Below, piece by piece: positions 1-8,721 of a stretch of DNA of 64,000 nucleotides. Below the pieces are notes generated by a model, which saw nothing but the letters and a program-made list of their open reading frames with translations, did not search any database and was not told the origin of the DNA. Source of the DNA: Euryarchaeota archaeon UBA28 (GTDB taxonomy: Archaea > Thermoplasmatota > Poseidoniia > Poseidoniales > Thalassarchaeaceae); contig DANW01000030.1 of assembly GCA_002501605.1 (NCBI GenBank), positions 24,553 through 88,552 of the forward strand, in the 5' to 3' direction. The position numbers and the translations under genes were made by a program. Within the stretch, counting starts at the first letter, position 1; each line of letters begins with the position of its first letter.

Positions 1-878
1 ATGTGGCTCTTGGCGAGTCGGATAATCCCAGGCCTCCAAGAGAGTCAGGAGCACCATTTGAAGCCCTTCTCTGGGTTCACGGACTACTGCACTTTGTGAT
101 GCTAGGGACGCTCTTCCTTTTCGCGGCTAGTGAGGGAATGACGAGATGGCTGATAGCCGCCTCACTATCTACTGGACTGGTTGCAGCGGCATCGGCCATC
201 GTCACTGCACATGAACTAGGCCATAAGAAACCAAGGAGTCCGGGTTGGAGGTTGGCGAGAGCCCTCCTGTTCAGCATAAATTATGCCCATTTTACTACCG
301 AGCATAATTACAATCATCACAAGAACGTTGCCACGGACAAGGATTCGGCGAGCGCTACTTACGAACAGGGCCTCTGGTCATTCTGGATCTCGACAATTCC
401 CGGTCAGTTCATGTCATCAGTCGCTGTTCACAACAGAAAGGGTCGAAAGGGCCTCAAAAACCCATCATGGAGAGGACTTTTCCTGCAACTTTCTGTAATC
501 ATATCACTATTAGCCTTGCATAATTTCGGATTTTCATGGGCCTTACCGGTTGTAGTCGGATGGCTTATCGCCTCCTCCATCGCAATACTGACCTTGGAGT
601 ATGTCAACTACATCCGACACTGGGGCCTCAGGAGGATTAACGGAGGAAGGTTCGAGGAGGGCCACGCATGGAACACTGAAGCAAGGTGGTCCAGATGGAG
701 CCTCCTAGAACTGACACGTCACTCAGATCACCACCTCCACGCATCGGTTCCCTTCTGGAAGCTACGCCCCTATCCAGAAGCTCCTAGGTTGCCCTCTGGA
801 TACTACGCTTGCTGGTGGCCGTGCTTGATACCTCCACTCTGGAGAAGAATGATGAGTGGACGAGCTCCGAACATCTGA
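1..878 (+). CDS. alkB: AlkB-family integral-membrane non-heme di-iron alkane/fatty-acid hydroxylase. It is N-terminally truncated by the window edge (frame of ORF 3..878).
   Basis: All four His boxes are present in order: HELGHKK, EHNYNHH, NYIRHWGL (the HYG motif) and LTRHSDHHLHA. They match the AlkB consensus HELxHK / EHxxGHH / NYIEHYGL / LQRHSDHH, with hydrophobic TM segments between them. The first His box lies about 70 aa into the ORF, whereas in AlkB it lies about 140 aa in, so the gene continues upstream of the window. Confidence 0.6.
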   Translation, partial: VALGESDNPRPPRESGAPFEALLWVHGLLHFVMLGTLFLFAASEGMTRWLIAASLSTGLVAAASAIVTAHELGHKKPRSPGWRLARALLFSINYAHFTTEHNYNHHKNVATDKDSASATYEQGLWSFWISTIPGQFMSSVAVHNRKGRKGLKNPSWRGLFLQLSVIISLLALHNFGFSWALPVVVGWLIASSIAILTLEYVNYIRHWGLRRINGGRFEEGHAWNTEARWSRWSLLELTRHSDHHLHASVPFWKLRPYPEAPRLPSGYYACWWPCLIPPLWRRMMSGRAPNI

Positions 879-922
879 CTAAAGCTCTTCTCGCATGAAA
901 CCCGACTCTCTCATTCATCTTC

Positions 923-1408
923 ATGAGTAACCTTCAATTCATGATTGGTGAGCAGACTTCCGTGGTTGTTCCTAGGACCGAACAAGAAGACGAGGTTCCG
1001 GTCGACAAGGCCTGGGCCATCCACGCTGCGATAATAGGCCTCAACACTGGTAACCTTCTATTCAGGGGTTTGGAGTTGGATCCTGATAATCCGGGCATGG
1101 TCACCGTAGCCTGCTTGGCGGTCTTAGCCGCGGCGTTACCGTTCCAAGCCATATTCTTCCTAATCAATTCGTATATTCAGGAGGCACCAAACGTGCATGA
1201 GATAGAATACATAATGCTACAGAGGCTATCCTTGATCTGTCAGACTATATCTTATCTTTCACTTACTGCAATTGGAATTCTGATGTTTGAGACCCATGTC
1301 TATGTTGGAGGTAGCTTCTTTGTAGGTTGTGTTGTAGCATTTTTCCTTCTGAGGGCGGCCATGAATCAAGCAGAGGCTCTAGCAACCAATATTAGGGTTA
1401 ATTCGTAG
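923..1408 (+). CDS. Hypothetical membrane protein (161 aa)
   Basis: ATG-initiated ORF with two or three hydrophobic segments and no recognisable motif. It sits directly downstream of the alkB-like gene on the same strand. Confidence 0.3.
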   Translation: MSNLQFMIGEQTSVVVPRTEQEDEVPVDKAWAIHAAIIGLNTGNLLFRGLELDPDNPGMVTVACLAVLAAALPFQAIFFLINSYIQEAPNVHEIEYIMLQRLSLICQTISYLSLTAIGILMFETHVYVGGSFFVGCVVAFFLLRAAMNQAEALATNIRVNS

Positions 1409-1442
1409 AGAGGTTGATTTCTCCCCCTCCTCTGTGAGGCAT

Positions 1443-2252
1443 ATGGCCGACGCCTTCGTGATGCCCAGCCTACCTCCAGCATCTCCATGGGATGCTTATG
1501 TTCTGATGCTATTCGTCCCCTTCATAATGAGACTTGTATTTGTTGCACCTCCCCTGATAGATCTTGTCAACACCTATGCCCCCCCAGGTGAGAGGACAAA
1601 GCATGTCAGATGGTTTCTTAGACACATAAAATTGTTGCCAGTCAAGGGCTTCTGGTTGATCGTCCTTAACGAAACCCTGTCATTCTTGTTGCCCGCGCTA
1701 GTCGCGTTATCTACACGTTATTTCCTCGGCCCAATTGGCTGGCCCACTTGGGAGGATACTCCTCGTCTAGGGGTTATCCTTCTGCTGGTTGCGGGAGCAA
1801 TTTGGCTACTATCGGACTTCTCAAAAGTTATGAGGTCCAGAAGGGATATTCAGTCAATTGCCAAATACAATCTTTCAACAGCAAAGATGGTGGTTCAAGG
1901 AGCAGTAGTAGGTAGGAACATTCTCCAGAACGTCAGTGATTCAGGTATTCCTAGGCCTTGGAGGGAAATAGTGGATGTGGAATTCGAAGTTGATGGAGAG
2001 ACTACAATAGTTCGAGAAAGCAATCCAATGACTGAGGCCATATATTCCCTGCTTGATAGGGGGGCGGATGTATTAGAGGAAATTCTCGGAAGAGTCAAGG
2101 AACCAGCCAACGCCGCTATTGAAAAACTCGATAGAGAGATTCAGGATAGGGTAACAGAACGGGTCCAAGCGTCTGCAAAGTCATTATTCCAGAATATAAT
2201 TTTTTCAATAGCGCCAATAGCGGTTCTTATAGGTCTAGACCAACTAATTTAG
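1443..2252 (+). CDS. Hypothetical membrane protein (about 270 aa)
   Basis: The ORF track starts at GTG 1434, but the first ATG is at 1443 (MADAFV...). There are several hydrophobic helices, a C-terminal coiled/charged region and a final TM segment. No motif recognised. Confidence 0.35.
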   Translation: MADAFVMPSLPPASPWDAYVLMLFVPFIMRLVFVAPPLIDLVNTYAPPGERTKHVRWFLRHIKLLPVKGFWLIVLNETLSFLLPALVALSTRYFLGPIGWPTWEDTPRLGVILLLVAGAIWLLSDFSKVMRSRRDIQSIAKYNLSTAKMVVQGAVVGRNILQNVSDSGIPRPWREIVDVEFEVDGETTIVRESNPMTEAIYSLLDRGADVLEEILGRVKEPANAAIEKLDREIQDRVTERVQASAKSLFQNIIFSIAPIAVLIGLDQLI

Positions 2253-3494
2253 CATTCTTTTCTCGCTGGGAGTAGCAAATAAAATCCAAAATATTCCAGC
2301 TAGTATTTGTAATGCTCCAGTTGCTATAATAGTCTCTCGCAATGAGAGGATATCATTTTCTAGTATTAGTCCAGCTGCAACTGTGGATAGTCCCATTGTG
2401 AGAGTGATTCCCAGAGAATCAGTTCCAAAGACCCTACCTAGCCACTCGTCATCGGATCTCTGCTGAAGCATGGTTGTAGACAACACCCAGTTGACCCCGC
2501 TCGCGGCGTGTGAGATGAATACGTAAACTAGGATGATCACTGTCCACTCTGAAGCTGCGACTGCAATGTAGAATGCTCCACTAATCACCAAAACCCCTCC
2601 CAGGAGGTATGGAATCAGCATCCGATTGGCCATGAACCTTCTACTTACTATAGGTCCGAATCCGGAACCGAAACCTCTGGCCATATACAATATCCCAATC
2701 CCAGCAGCGACATCCCCAAAACCGGCTTCCTTCCCTATCAAGATCAACAGAAATACCTGGGCCCCTCCCCCTGAGGCCCACATCGCCTTAACCAAAACCA
2801 CCCTCCTGATTGGTGGCATCGAGAGAATGTAGCTCCATCCGGAGACGATTTCACTAAGCATGGCTCTCGGAGAGAATGATCTTTGAATGGACTTTTCCGG
2901 CCCACCATGAGGCAGAGATAGAATGAGCAGAATAGCGATTAGGAAAGTCAACGAGTCTATCCAAAGAGCTGTTTCAATACCATATTTGGAGATTGTCAAT
3001 CCGCCGATACCAGCACCTATCCCCATTGCCGCCGACCACCCTCCAGAAGAGAGTGCATTTGCTGACAATAGCTCTTCTTTGGTACAGATATTCGGTACGT
3101 AAGCAGACTCCGCATTTGATGAAATCGCCCTCCCCACGACCATTGCCATTCCGAGGAGGTAAACAGACTCTAGAGAGTCCAGCATCCCAAGGGCTAGTGC
3201 CGAAACTAGTATTATGAACGACCAAACGTTTCCCAAAATCATTAGCCACTTCCTGGGATAGCGATCTGCGAGCATTCCTGTCAGTGGCTCCAGAGGGGCG
3301 AAAGTGAAACTCCTTGTTGCCAGGACCCCGGCAATGGCCAAAGGGGAGTTGTCTGAGGCCTCGCCTGCCAATAGGAACAACGCAATCATGGAGAACCAGT
3401 CTCCAATGTATGAAATTTCGTTAGCAGTAAACAGCCTACGGTAAGGGCCATTAGATCTCAGAAGTCCAATGTAGCTAACCTCAGCCATGACCAT
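2244..3494 (-). CDS. MFS transporter (MFS_3 / EntS-like)
   Basis: About 12 predicted TM helices and a typical MFS N-terminus (YIGDWFSMIALFLLAGE...LADRYPRKW). The ORF track start at 3533 is GTG. The internal ATG at 3494 (MVMAEVSY...) is preferred, but 3533 remains possible. Confidence 0.7.
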   Translation of the reverse strand: MVMAEVSYIGLLRSNGPYRRLFTANEISYIGDWFSMIALFLLAGEASDNSPLAIAGVLATRSFTFAPLEPLTGMLADRYPRKWLMILGNVWSFIILVSALALGMLDSLESVYLLGMAMVVGRAISSNAESAYVPNICTKEELLSANALSSGGWSAAMGIGAGIGGLTISKYGIETALWIDSLTFLIAILLILSLPHGGPEKSIQRSFSPRAMLSEIVSGWSYILSMPPIRRVVLVKAMWASGGGAQVFLLILIGKEAGFGDVAAGIGILYMARGFGSGFGPIVSRRFMANRMLIPYLLGGVLVISGAFYIAVAASEWTVIILVYVFISHAASGVNWVLSTTMLQQRSDDEWLGRVFGTDSLGITLTMGLSTVAAGLILENDILSLRETIIATGALQILAGIFWILFATPSEKRMLN

Positions 3495-3544
3495 GGCCGA
3501 GCGACCAGCCCTATGATTCTGGCCCCCCAACACTCAAGACTCCC

Positions 3545-4102
3545 ATGCCGTCTCCTGTACTCATGGAGGAGAGGCTGGTGTGGCTAGATCTGGAGATGAC
3601 CGGCCTAGATCCAATCGAGAATAAGATAATCGAAATTGCTACGATCGTCACTGAGGGCGATCTAACCATTGTGTCGGAGGGTCCCTCTCTGGCAATCTCA
3701 CAGCCAGAGTCTGAGTTAGAGAAGATGGATGAATGGAATCTGACTCATCACACTAGGAATGGCCTGTTAAAGAGAGTGAGGTCTAAAGGAGTTCCAATAG
3801 CGGAAGCTGAGAGGCTTACCTTAGAATTTCTGATGGAACACTGTCTCGCCGGAGTCCCCCCTCTATGCGGGAATACTATCGGCCAAGATAGGAGGTTTTT
3901 GAGGAGGTATATGCCGGAACTACACGAATTCTTCCACTACAGAAGCGTAGATGTGACGTCCGTGAAGGAAATTGTGAACAGATGGTATCCAGACTCACCT
4001 AGGTTCTCAAAACCATCAGGCCACAGGGCATTGGATGATATTAGAGGCAGCATAGAGGAGCTATCCCACTTCAGAGAACACGTCTTCAAGGACCCGAGCT
4101 AG
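3545..4102 (+). CDS. orn: Oligoribonuclease (3'-5' exoribonuclease, DEDDh family)
   Basis: Near full-length collinearity with E. coli Orn: WLDLEMTGLDP..IIEIATIVT, CGNTIGQDRRFL, YMPEL..FFHYRSVDVTSVKEI, ALDDIRGSIEEL..FREHVF. Length 185 aa. Confidence 0.8.
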   Translation: MPSPVLMEERLVWLDLEMTGLDPIENKIIEIATIVTEGDLTIVSEGPSLAISQPESELEKMDEWNLTHHTRNGLLKRVRSKGVPIAEAERLTLEFLMEHCLAGVPPLCGNTIGQDRRFLRRYMPELHEFFHYRSVDVTSVKEIVNRWYPDSPRFSKPSGHRALDDIRGSIEELSHFREHVFKDPS

Positions 4103-4808
4103 GACTGATAGGAACTCCCCTGCTGTCGGTGATTACTAGATTCACACCTAGTCCTGTTCTGTGGAATGCAATAATCTCCAGCCCATGGATAATATGTCCA
4201 GTAGACGCTCTTCCGATATGTGGAAGGCTGTCTAGATATTGGGGTTTATCCAATATCGGACTCCCGGCGGAAAGCTCCCTTCTCTTTCCTCCGACATCCT
4301 CGAACCATGGCAGGGCTCCCTCGGGAGAGAATCTCACTCCCAAGATCATATCACAACCTTCCGTCCATTGTGCGGCTTCTGCGTCGGCACCGCTTGGGAC
4401 TGCCACTGCATTAGGATGCGAATGGATCCAATGAGTGAACCTACCTCCTCTGGAGCCCCTGTCCTCGGTGAATGAATCATCAATCCATTCCTCCGGTACA
4501 TGATGGACTGAGAAAGAATCCCCTCTATTTACTAGATGCGGTTTACCCAATACATAACCCTGACCTGCAAACAATCCGGGTTGAAAATCCGTACCAGTAA
4601 ACTCCTCCTCCACGTCAATCGGATGTGGCAACTCTAGATTTGGGTCTATTCCTACCAGTATCTCATCGGGAAGGGATCTGAACGTCCAGTCGATTATCAT
4701 GGCAAGGGTCCCCACCGGCATCAGCAAGATAGCCGCATAGTCATCACGAAATTCTTTCGACCTTTGATTGTAAGAGGCAGCAGCCTGCAACAACCAGTCA
4801 TTTACCAT
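4086..4808 (-). CDS. JAMM/MPN+ (JAB) metalloprotease-domain protein
   Basis: Canonical JAMM motif HWIHSHPNAVAVPSGADAE (H-x-H-x7-S-x2-D) with an upstream acidic residue (HHVPEE). The stop overlaps the orn stop convergently by 17 nt. Confidence 0.5.
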   Translation of the reverse strand: MVNDWLLQAAASYNQRSKEFRDDYAAILLMPVGTLAMIIDWTFRSLPDEILVGIDPNLELPHPIDVEEEFTGTDFQPGLFAGQGYVLGKPHLVNRGDSFSVHHVPEEWIDDSFTEDRGSRGGRFTHWIHSHPNAVAVPSGADAEAAQWTEGCDMILGVRFSPEGALPWFEDVGGKRRELSAGSPILDKPQYLDSLPHIGRASTGHIIHGLEIIAFHRTGLGVNLVITDSRGVPISPSSGP

Positions 4809-5727
4809 GACTCTGGGAGCGGGTCACTCGACTTGAGTTCAACGGATTCACGCAGCTTATATCCAAAACTATGTGATCCCAGTGCGGGGCGTAGCTCTTG
4901 ATACGTTTTATTTGCTCCACCTTCACAGCGTAGTCCTTGCCATAATCACTGATTTCTAACGCTAGTCTATCCCCTTTGGAAGAATACTCTCCGGGCTTGG
5001 CCAATCCATGTATGTGCACCATGCCTCCATCCTCAGATAGGACGTCCACCGCAGCGCTAATACTAGCTTCTGAGGATGGCAGGAGACCCATTATCACCCT
5101 ATTCGCTACTCCACCGATTTTCTTCGAGGAATTTCTATTATCTCCTCGGTGTATTGTACACCTAGACTCGACACCATTCTCCTTCAGGCTCCACTCTAGA
5201 GACTCTATTGCATCGTCATTCCACTCGCAACAGTGGATATGACGAGCTTCGGAGTGGACTAGGATAGGGAGTGAGTAGTAACCTATGCCTGAAAACAGGT
5301 CAACCACGACTTCGTCACTGCCTACTATCTCACCCATCCTCCTCCGCTCGTTAACGTTGCCAGCTGAGAACATGCACTTGGTCACGTGATATCCGTAGTC
5401 GACACCGTTCTCTCTCCTAACCACCCAATCATCCTCTCCAAGAAGCATCTTGACTCCACTCTTGCGAGTTCTTCCAGAAACCTCGCCCATTATCCCCAGC
5501 CTCTCGACATCCAGTCCGTCAGCAACAGATTTCCAGAGTCCCGGGCCGATTATTTCCTCCCAATTGCCCCCCTCAAAGGATCCAGCTGGAAGAATCGCGA
5601 AATCGGAGAACCTCTCCCATTTTCTAGGAATTCCGGCTGGGGGCTCTCTCCCAAGGAATGAGGAGATTGAATCGTACAGCCGTTCATGCGGTCCGCCCCG
5701 ATTCATGTATCCCGGAGTGAACATCAT
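4798..5727 (-). CDS. Trm5/TYW2(Taw2)-family class I SAM-dependent tRNA methyltransferase
   Basis: SAM motif I VVVDLFSGIGYYSLP matches the Trm5/TYW2 signature D(L/V)FAGIG(Y/P)F. A downstream VIMGLLP aligns with the NLP catalytic motif. The ORF track start 5760 is TTG, and ATG codons at 5727 and 5724 are more plausible. Confidence 0.55.
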   Translation of the reverse strand: MMFTPGYMNRGGPHERLYDSISSFLGREPPAGIPRKWERFSDFAILPAGSFEGGNWEEIIGPGLWKSVADGLDVERLGIMGEVSGRTRKSGVKMLLGEDDWVVRRENGVDYGYHVTKCMFSAGNVNERRRMGEIVGSDEVVVDLFSGIGYYSLPILVHSEARHIHCCEWNDDAIESLEWSLKENGVESRCTIHRGDNRNSSKKIGGVANRVIMGLLPSSEASISAAVDVLSEDGGMVHIHGLAKPGEYSSKGDRLALEISDYGKDYAVKVEQIKRIKSYAPHWDHIVLDISCVNPLNSSRVTRSQSHGK

Positions 5728-5765
5728 TGATTCAGACTTATGGTATATCACACTCTCCAAGGCCC

Positions 5766-8720
5766 GTGCGTAGATGCATCGCGCTGGTTATGATTCTACT
5801 CCTGTCACCATTAGCGCACGCCGCCCCTCCCCCGGGAGATGCGGAAGTAATCAATCAAATCTGCTCTACATGGGGAAACGGAAACGGAATCTGTGACGAT
5901 TATGATTCCGAGCTGGACTCTACTTCCAATGATGAATGGATAGAAGGGCACGTTCTGATTTCAATGGACGGGGCTTCTTCGATACAGATGAGCTTAGAAC
6001 TCGCCATTCATGAAATTCCAAGACATGAGCTGGGGCTATCAGATCTGGACCTGCAGGGAGACAGCGTTCCTTCGGATGGAATCCCCGCCGACTATATCAG
6101 AAACTATCGTGATTTCTCCAGGGGCGGTCTCTCGGTTCAGGATAGGCTAATAGACAGGATCGAAGATGTAATCCATGGCATAGTGGATGAGAATTTTCCA
6201 AATGCCAGCACAAGCCCCATACAGCCAACGTCAGAAATCAGCTTTTTTGACCATCAGGAATCCACTTGTACTTTCAATCCAGATATCGACTCAACCGACG
6301 AGGAGAATGGAATAGAAAACGATCCATTCCGACCTCCGATATGCCTCCAGTCAGTTTTGACCTTGGAGGTAAATCCCGCAAATATCGGAATGGATCCGGA
6401 AACTGGGGACATCGATAGAGTAATGCGGGGACTGATGGCGATGGGAGGAGAGGTAACCACGAACTTCTCCACACTCGCTTTATCAGGACATTACATTGAA
6501 TATACGATGTATCCGCCTCCATATGCCACCATTATTGAGGTGAATGAGCCGGCTGAAATATTCCAGCCAGCGAGTGAGCAATCGCGACTTACAGCTGCAA
6601 GGATTTCACTTGATAATCTGAATGGGGGACCTGAAGGGGAACCAGTTTCCTCAGACTTGCTTGCAGTACTTGGAAATGATCGCGATAATCAGGATTGGAG
6701 TATCTTCTCCGGCCCTTCGTTAAGTCTCGATCTTCAAATAGATCTGAGGGACGGTATGAACAGCCGTGTGGATTTAGGAATCGAAATACATCACCTTAGT
6801 GCTGAAACTCTTGAACAATGGGGGCTGAATCTGGAAACCTCGAGAATAAACCTAAGCTCGGTAACCTCAGACGGAATCAGGATGTTTCATTCTGAGATGG
6901 GCATTGATGTTGATCAGATCCTATCATCGCTTCCCATCAACTCGCTTTCCGACTCATTCTCCCGTTCTCTGGGAGTGGATGTAGCGTTTCAGACTCCATT
7001 GTTCTCCCCAACAAACCACTCTGGAGGGATCATGTTCCTTCACAGGCCAGGTGAAACTTGTGAGGAGGAAGTGTCCTATAGATACTGTCTAGGGACAACT
7101 GGTTCAATGTCCAGTACATATCCAATAACGCTACAATCCAGTACTCTGCCGTCAGAAATGCAGATTTCGAGCATCCTAGCCGAATTAATTCAGTATTCAG
7201 GGGGGGATGCTTCCACAATCGACCTTTCAAAGATGGACGATGAAGATTTAGCTACGATGATGAGCTTCCTGAGAGCAGAATTCGAAGTTGATCTGGACTT
7301 CATTAGTGACCTACTTCCCACTGACTTTCCTTCTTCAGAGATAAGCGTGATAATTCACTTGCCAGAATGGTTGCAATCCACTGGAATAAATACGGATTCC
7401 TTGGAATTTTCCTCGATAAACGGCCACAGCACGGCCCGAGACATCGAAATTACCGGGTCTAGGCCGTTTGACTGGATGCATTCAATCTGCAGGACTTCTG
7501 ACCCATGCGAGGAGGACAGTATCGACCTTATTTGTGCCCCGACACAGAAGACCTGCGTCTCTTTCTTAGTTCAGGTTGATATTTCCAAAGTATCTATCCA
7601 TGAGTTGACTGGCTCAGTTTCAATAGAATTCACCTCTGATATCGTCTTAGAGATTTACAGACTAGGGTTAGATTTGGAAATCGATGGTGTCGAAATGTCG
7701 CCAATCCCGTCAGACGCCATAAGGAGGATTCTGGTTATGGGAGATCGTACAGAGGGAGGATTACTAGCTGGTTCTGAGATTGAAGCAACGATCGATTTCG
7801 GTGTGGGAGAGCCGATAGAATTCGAAGTATCAAATGCGGGCCTCAGAAAACTCTCCGATCATTTGACCAACTCGTACTCAGAAATGGTGAGTGATTTTGG
7901 TACGATATATCTGGATCAGAATGACCTTGGACTGGATGGATTCTCACTTACAGCAGACTTGTCTTCGATGCCGTTTCAAGCTGATTTTGGTTCGGTATCG
8001 GTCGGCCAAGGACCAACAATCAGTGATGAAGATCCAATCAGACTATCCACCAAGGTGAGTAACGCAGAACTCATCTTCTCACTCAGACAGGATGAAATTA
8101 TCGTCGGAATTAACCCCAGATCCCTTTCATCCTTTCCATCCATGGTCATTTCATCTATTCTCCCAACTCCGGTAATCACCGACTCAGGATTGTTGGTGGA
8201 TGGTTCAGGGATAAGGCAGAAGGTAACCCCGTTAATGGAGCATACAAACTTCGGTACAATAAAGTCATCAGCATATATTGAGATTATCTTACCAGATTCC
8301 ATAAGATTAACTTCGTTTGAAAGCAAGCGGGGACTCGCTGAGATTTCGACCTCGGAAGGCAGGCAGGTCTTGTCCTACACCATGCCGACTTGTCTCACTG
8401 CAGAAACGTGGGATGAGTGCAGTAGCAGTCGAAATTCAGACATAATCACTTACTCGGTCGAATTCTCATGGGAATTCTTGATTGGTGAGCTTGCCTCATA
8501 CATGTTCTTACTTTTTGTCTTCTTGTCACTGATGACAATCAGAATCAGGAGAAAGAGGAGGGAGAGGAAGGCTAATCGAATCAGAAAATCAAAGGATGTC
8601 GAGGATGCCAAATTAGAGAGATTAATGGAGAATGAGTTCGGTAGACTTTCTGGCAATGTTGCCCTATTGGATGAGACTGAATTGGAGGAACTTACAGTAA
8701 TCGAAAGTGATAGGGACTGA
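5766..8720 (+). CDS. Large acidic secreted/surface protein (about 985 aa) with an N-terminal signal peptide and a C-terminal TM anchor
   Basis: The N-terminus RRCIALVMILLLSPLAHA-APPPGD is signal-peptide-like. The candidate starts are GTG 5766 or ATG 5790, and the ORF-track TTG 5727 would overlap the trm5-like gene. The C-terminus carries one TM helix (YMFLLFVFLSLMTI), then a basic stretch RIRRKRRERKANRIRK, then an acidic tail. No catalytic motif recognised. Confidence 0.5.
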   Translation: MRRCIALVMILLLSPLAHAAPPPGDAEVINQICSTWGNGNGICDDYDSELDSTSNDEWIEGHVLISMDGASSIQMSLELAIHEIPRHELGLSDLDLQGDSVPSDGIPADYIRNYRDFSRGGLSVQDRLIDRIEDVIHGIVDENFPNASTSPIQPTSEISFFDHQESTCTFNPDIDSTDEENGIENDPFRPPICLQSVLTLEVNPANIGMDPETGDIDRVMRGLMAMGGEVTTNFSTLALSGHYIEYTMYPPPYATIIEVNEPAEIFQPASEQSRLTAARISLDNLNGGPEGEPVSSDLLAVLGNDRDNQDWSIFSGPSLSLDLQIDLRDGMNSRVDLGIEIHHLSAETLEQWGLNLETSRINLSSVTSDGIRMFHSEMGIDVDQILSSLPINSLSDSFSRSLGVDVAFQTPLFSPTNHSGGIMFLHRPGETCEEEVSYRYCLGTTGSMSSTYPITLQSSTLPSEMQISSILAELIQYSGGDASTIDLSKMDDEDLATMMSFLRAEFEVDLDFISDLLPTDFPSSEISVIIHLPEWLQSTGINTDSLEFSSINGHSTARDIEITGSRPFDWMHSICRTSDPCEEDSIDLICAPTQKTCVSFLVQVDISKVSIHELTGSVSIEFTSDIVLEIYRLGLDLEIDGVEMSPIPSDAIRRILVMGDRTEGGLLAGSEIEATIDFGVGEPIEFEVSNAGLRKLSDHLTNSYSEMVSDFGTIYLDQNDLGLDGFSLTADLSSMPFQADFGSVSVGQGPTISDEDPIRLSTKVSNAELIFSLRQDEIIVGINPRSLSSFPSMVISSILPTPVITDSGLLVDGSGIRQKVTPLMEHTNFGTIKSSAYIEIILPDSIRLTSFESKRGLAEISTSEGRQVLSYTMPTCLTAETWDECSSSRNSDIITYSVEFSWEFLIGELASYMFLLFVFLSLMTIRIRRKRRERKANRIRKSKDVEDAKLERLMENEFGRLSGNVALLDETELEELTVIESDRD

Positions 8721-8721
8721 C

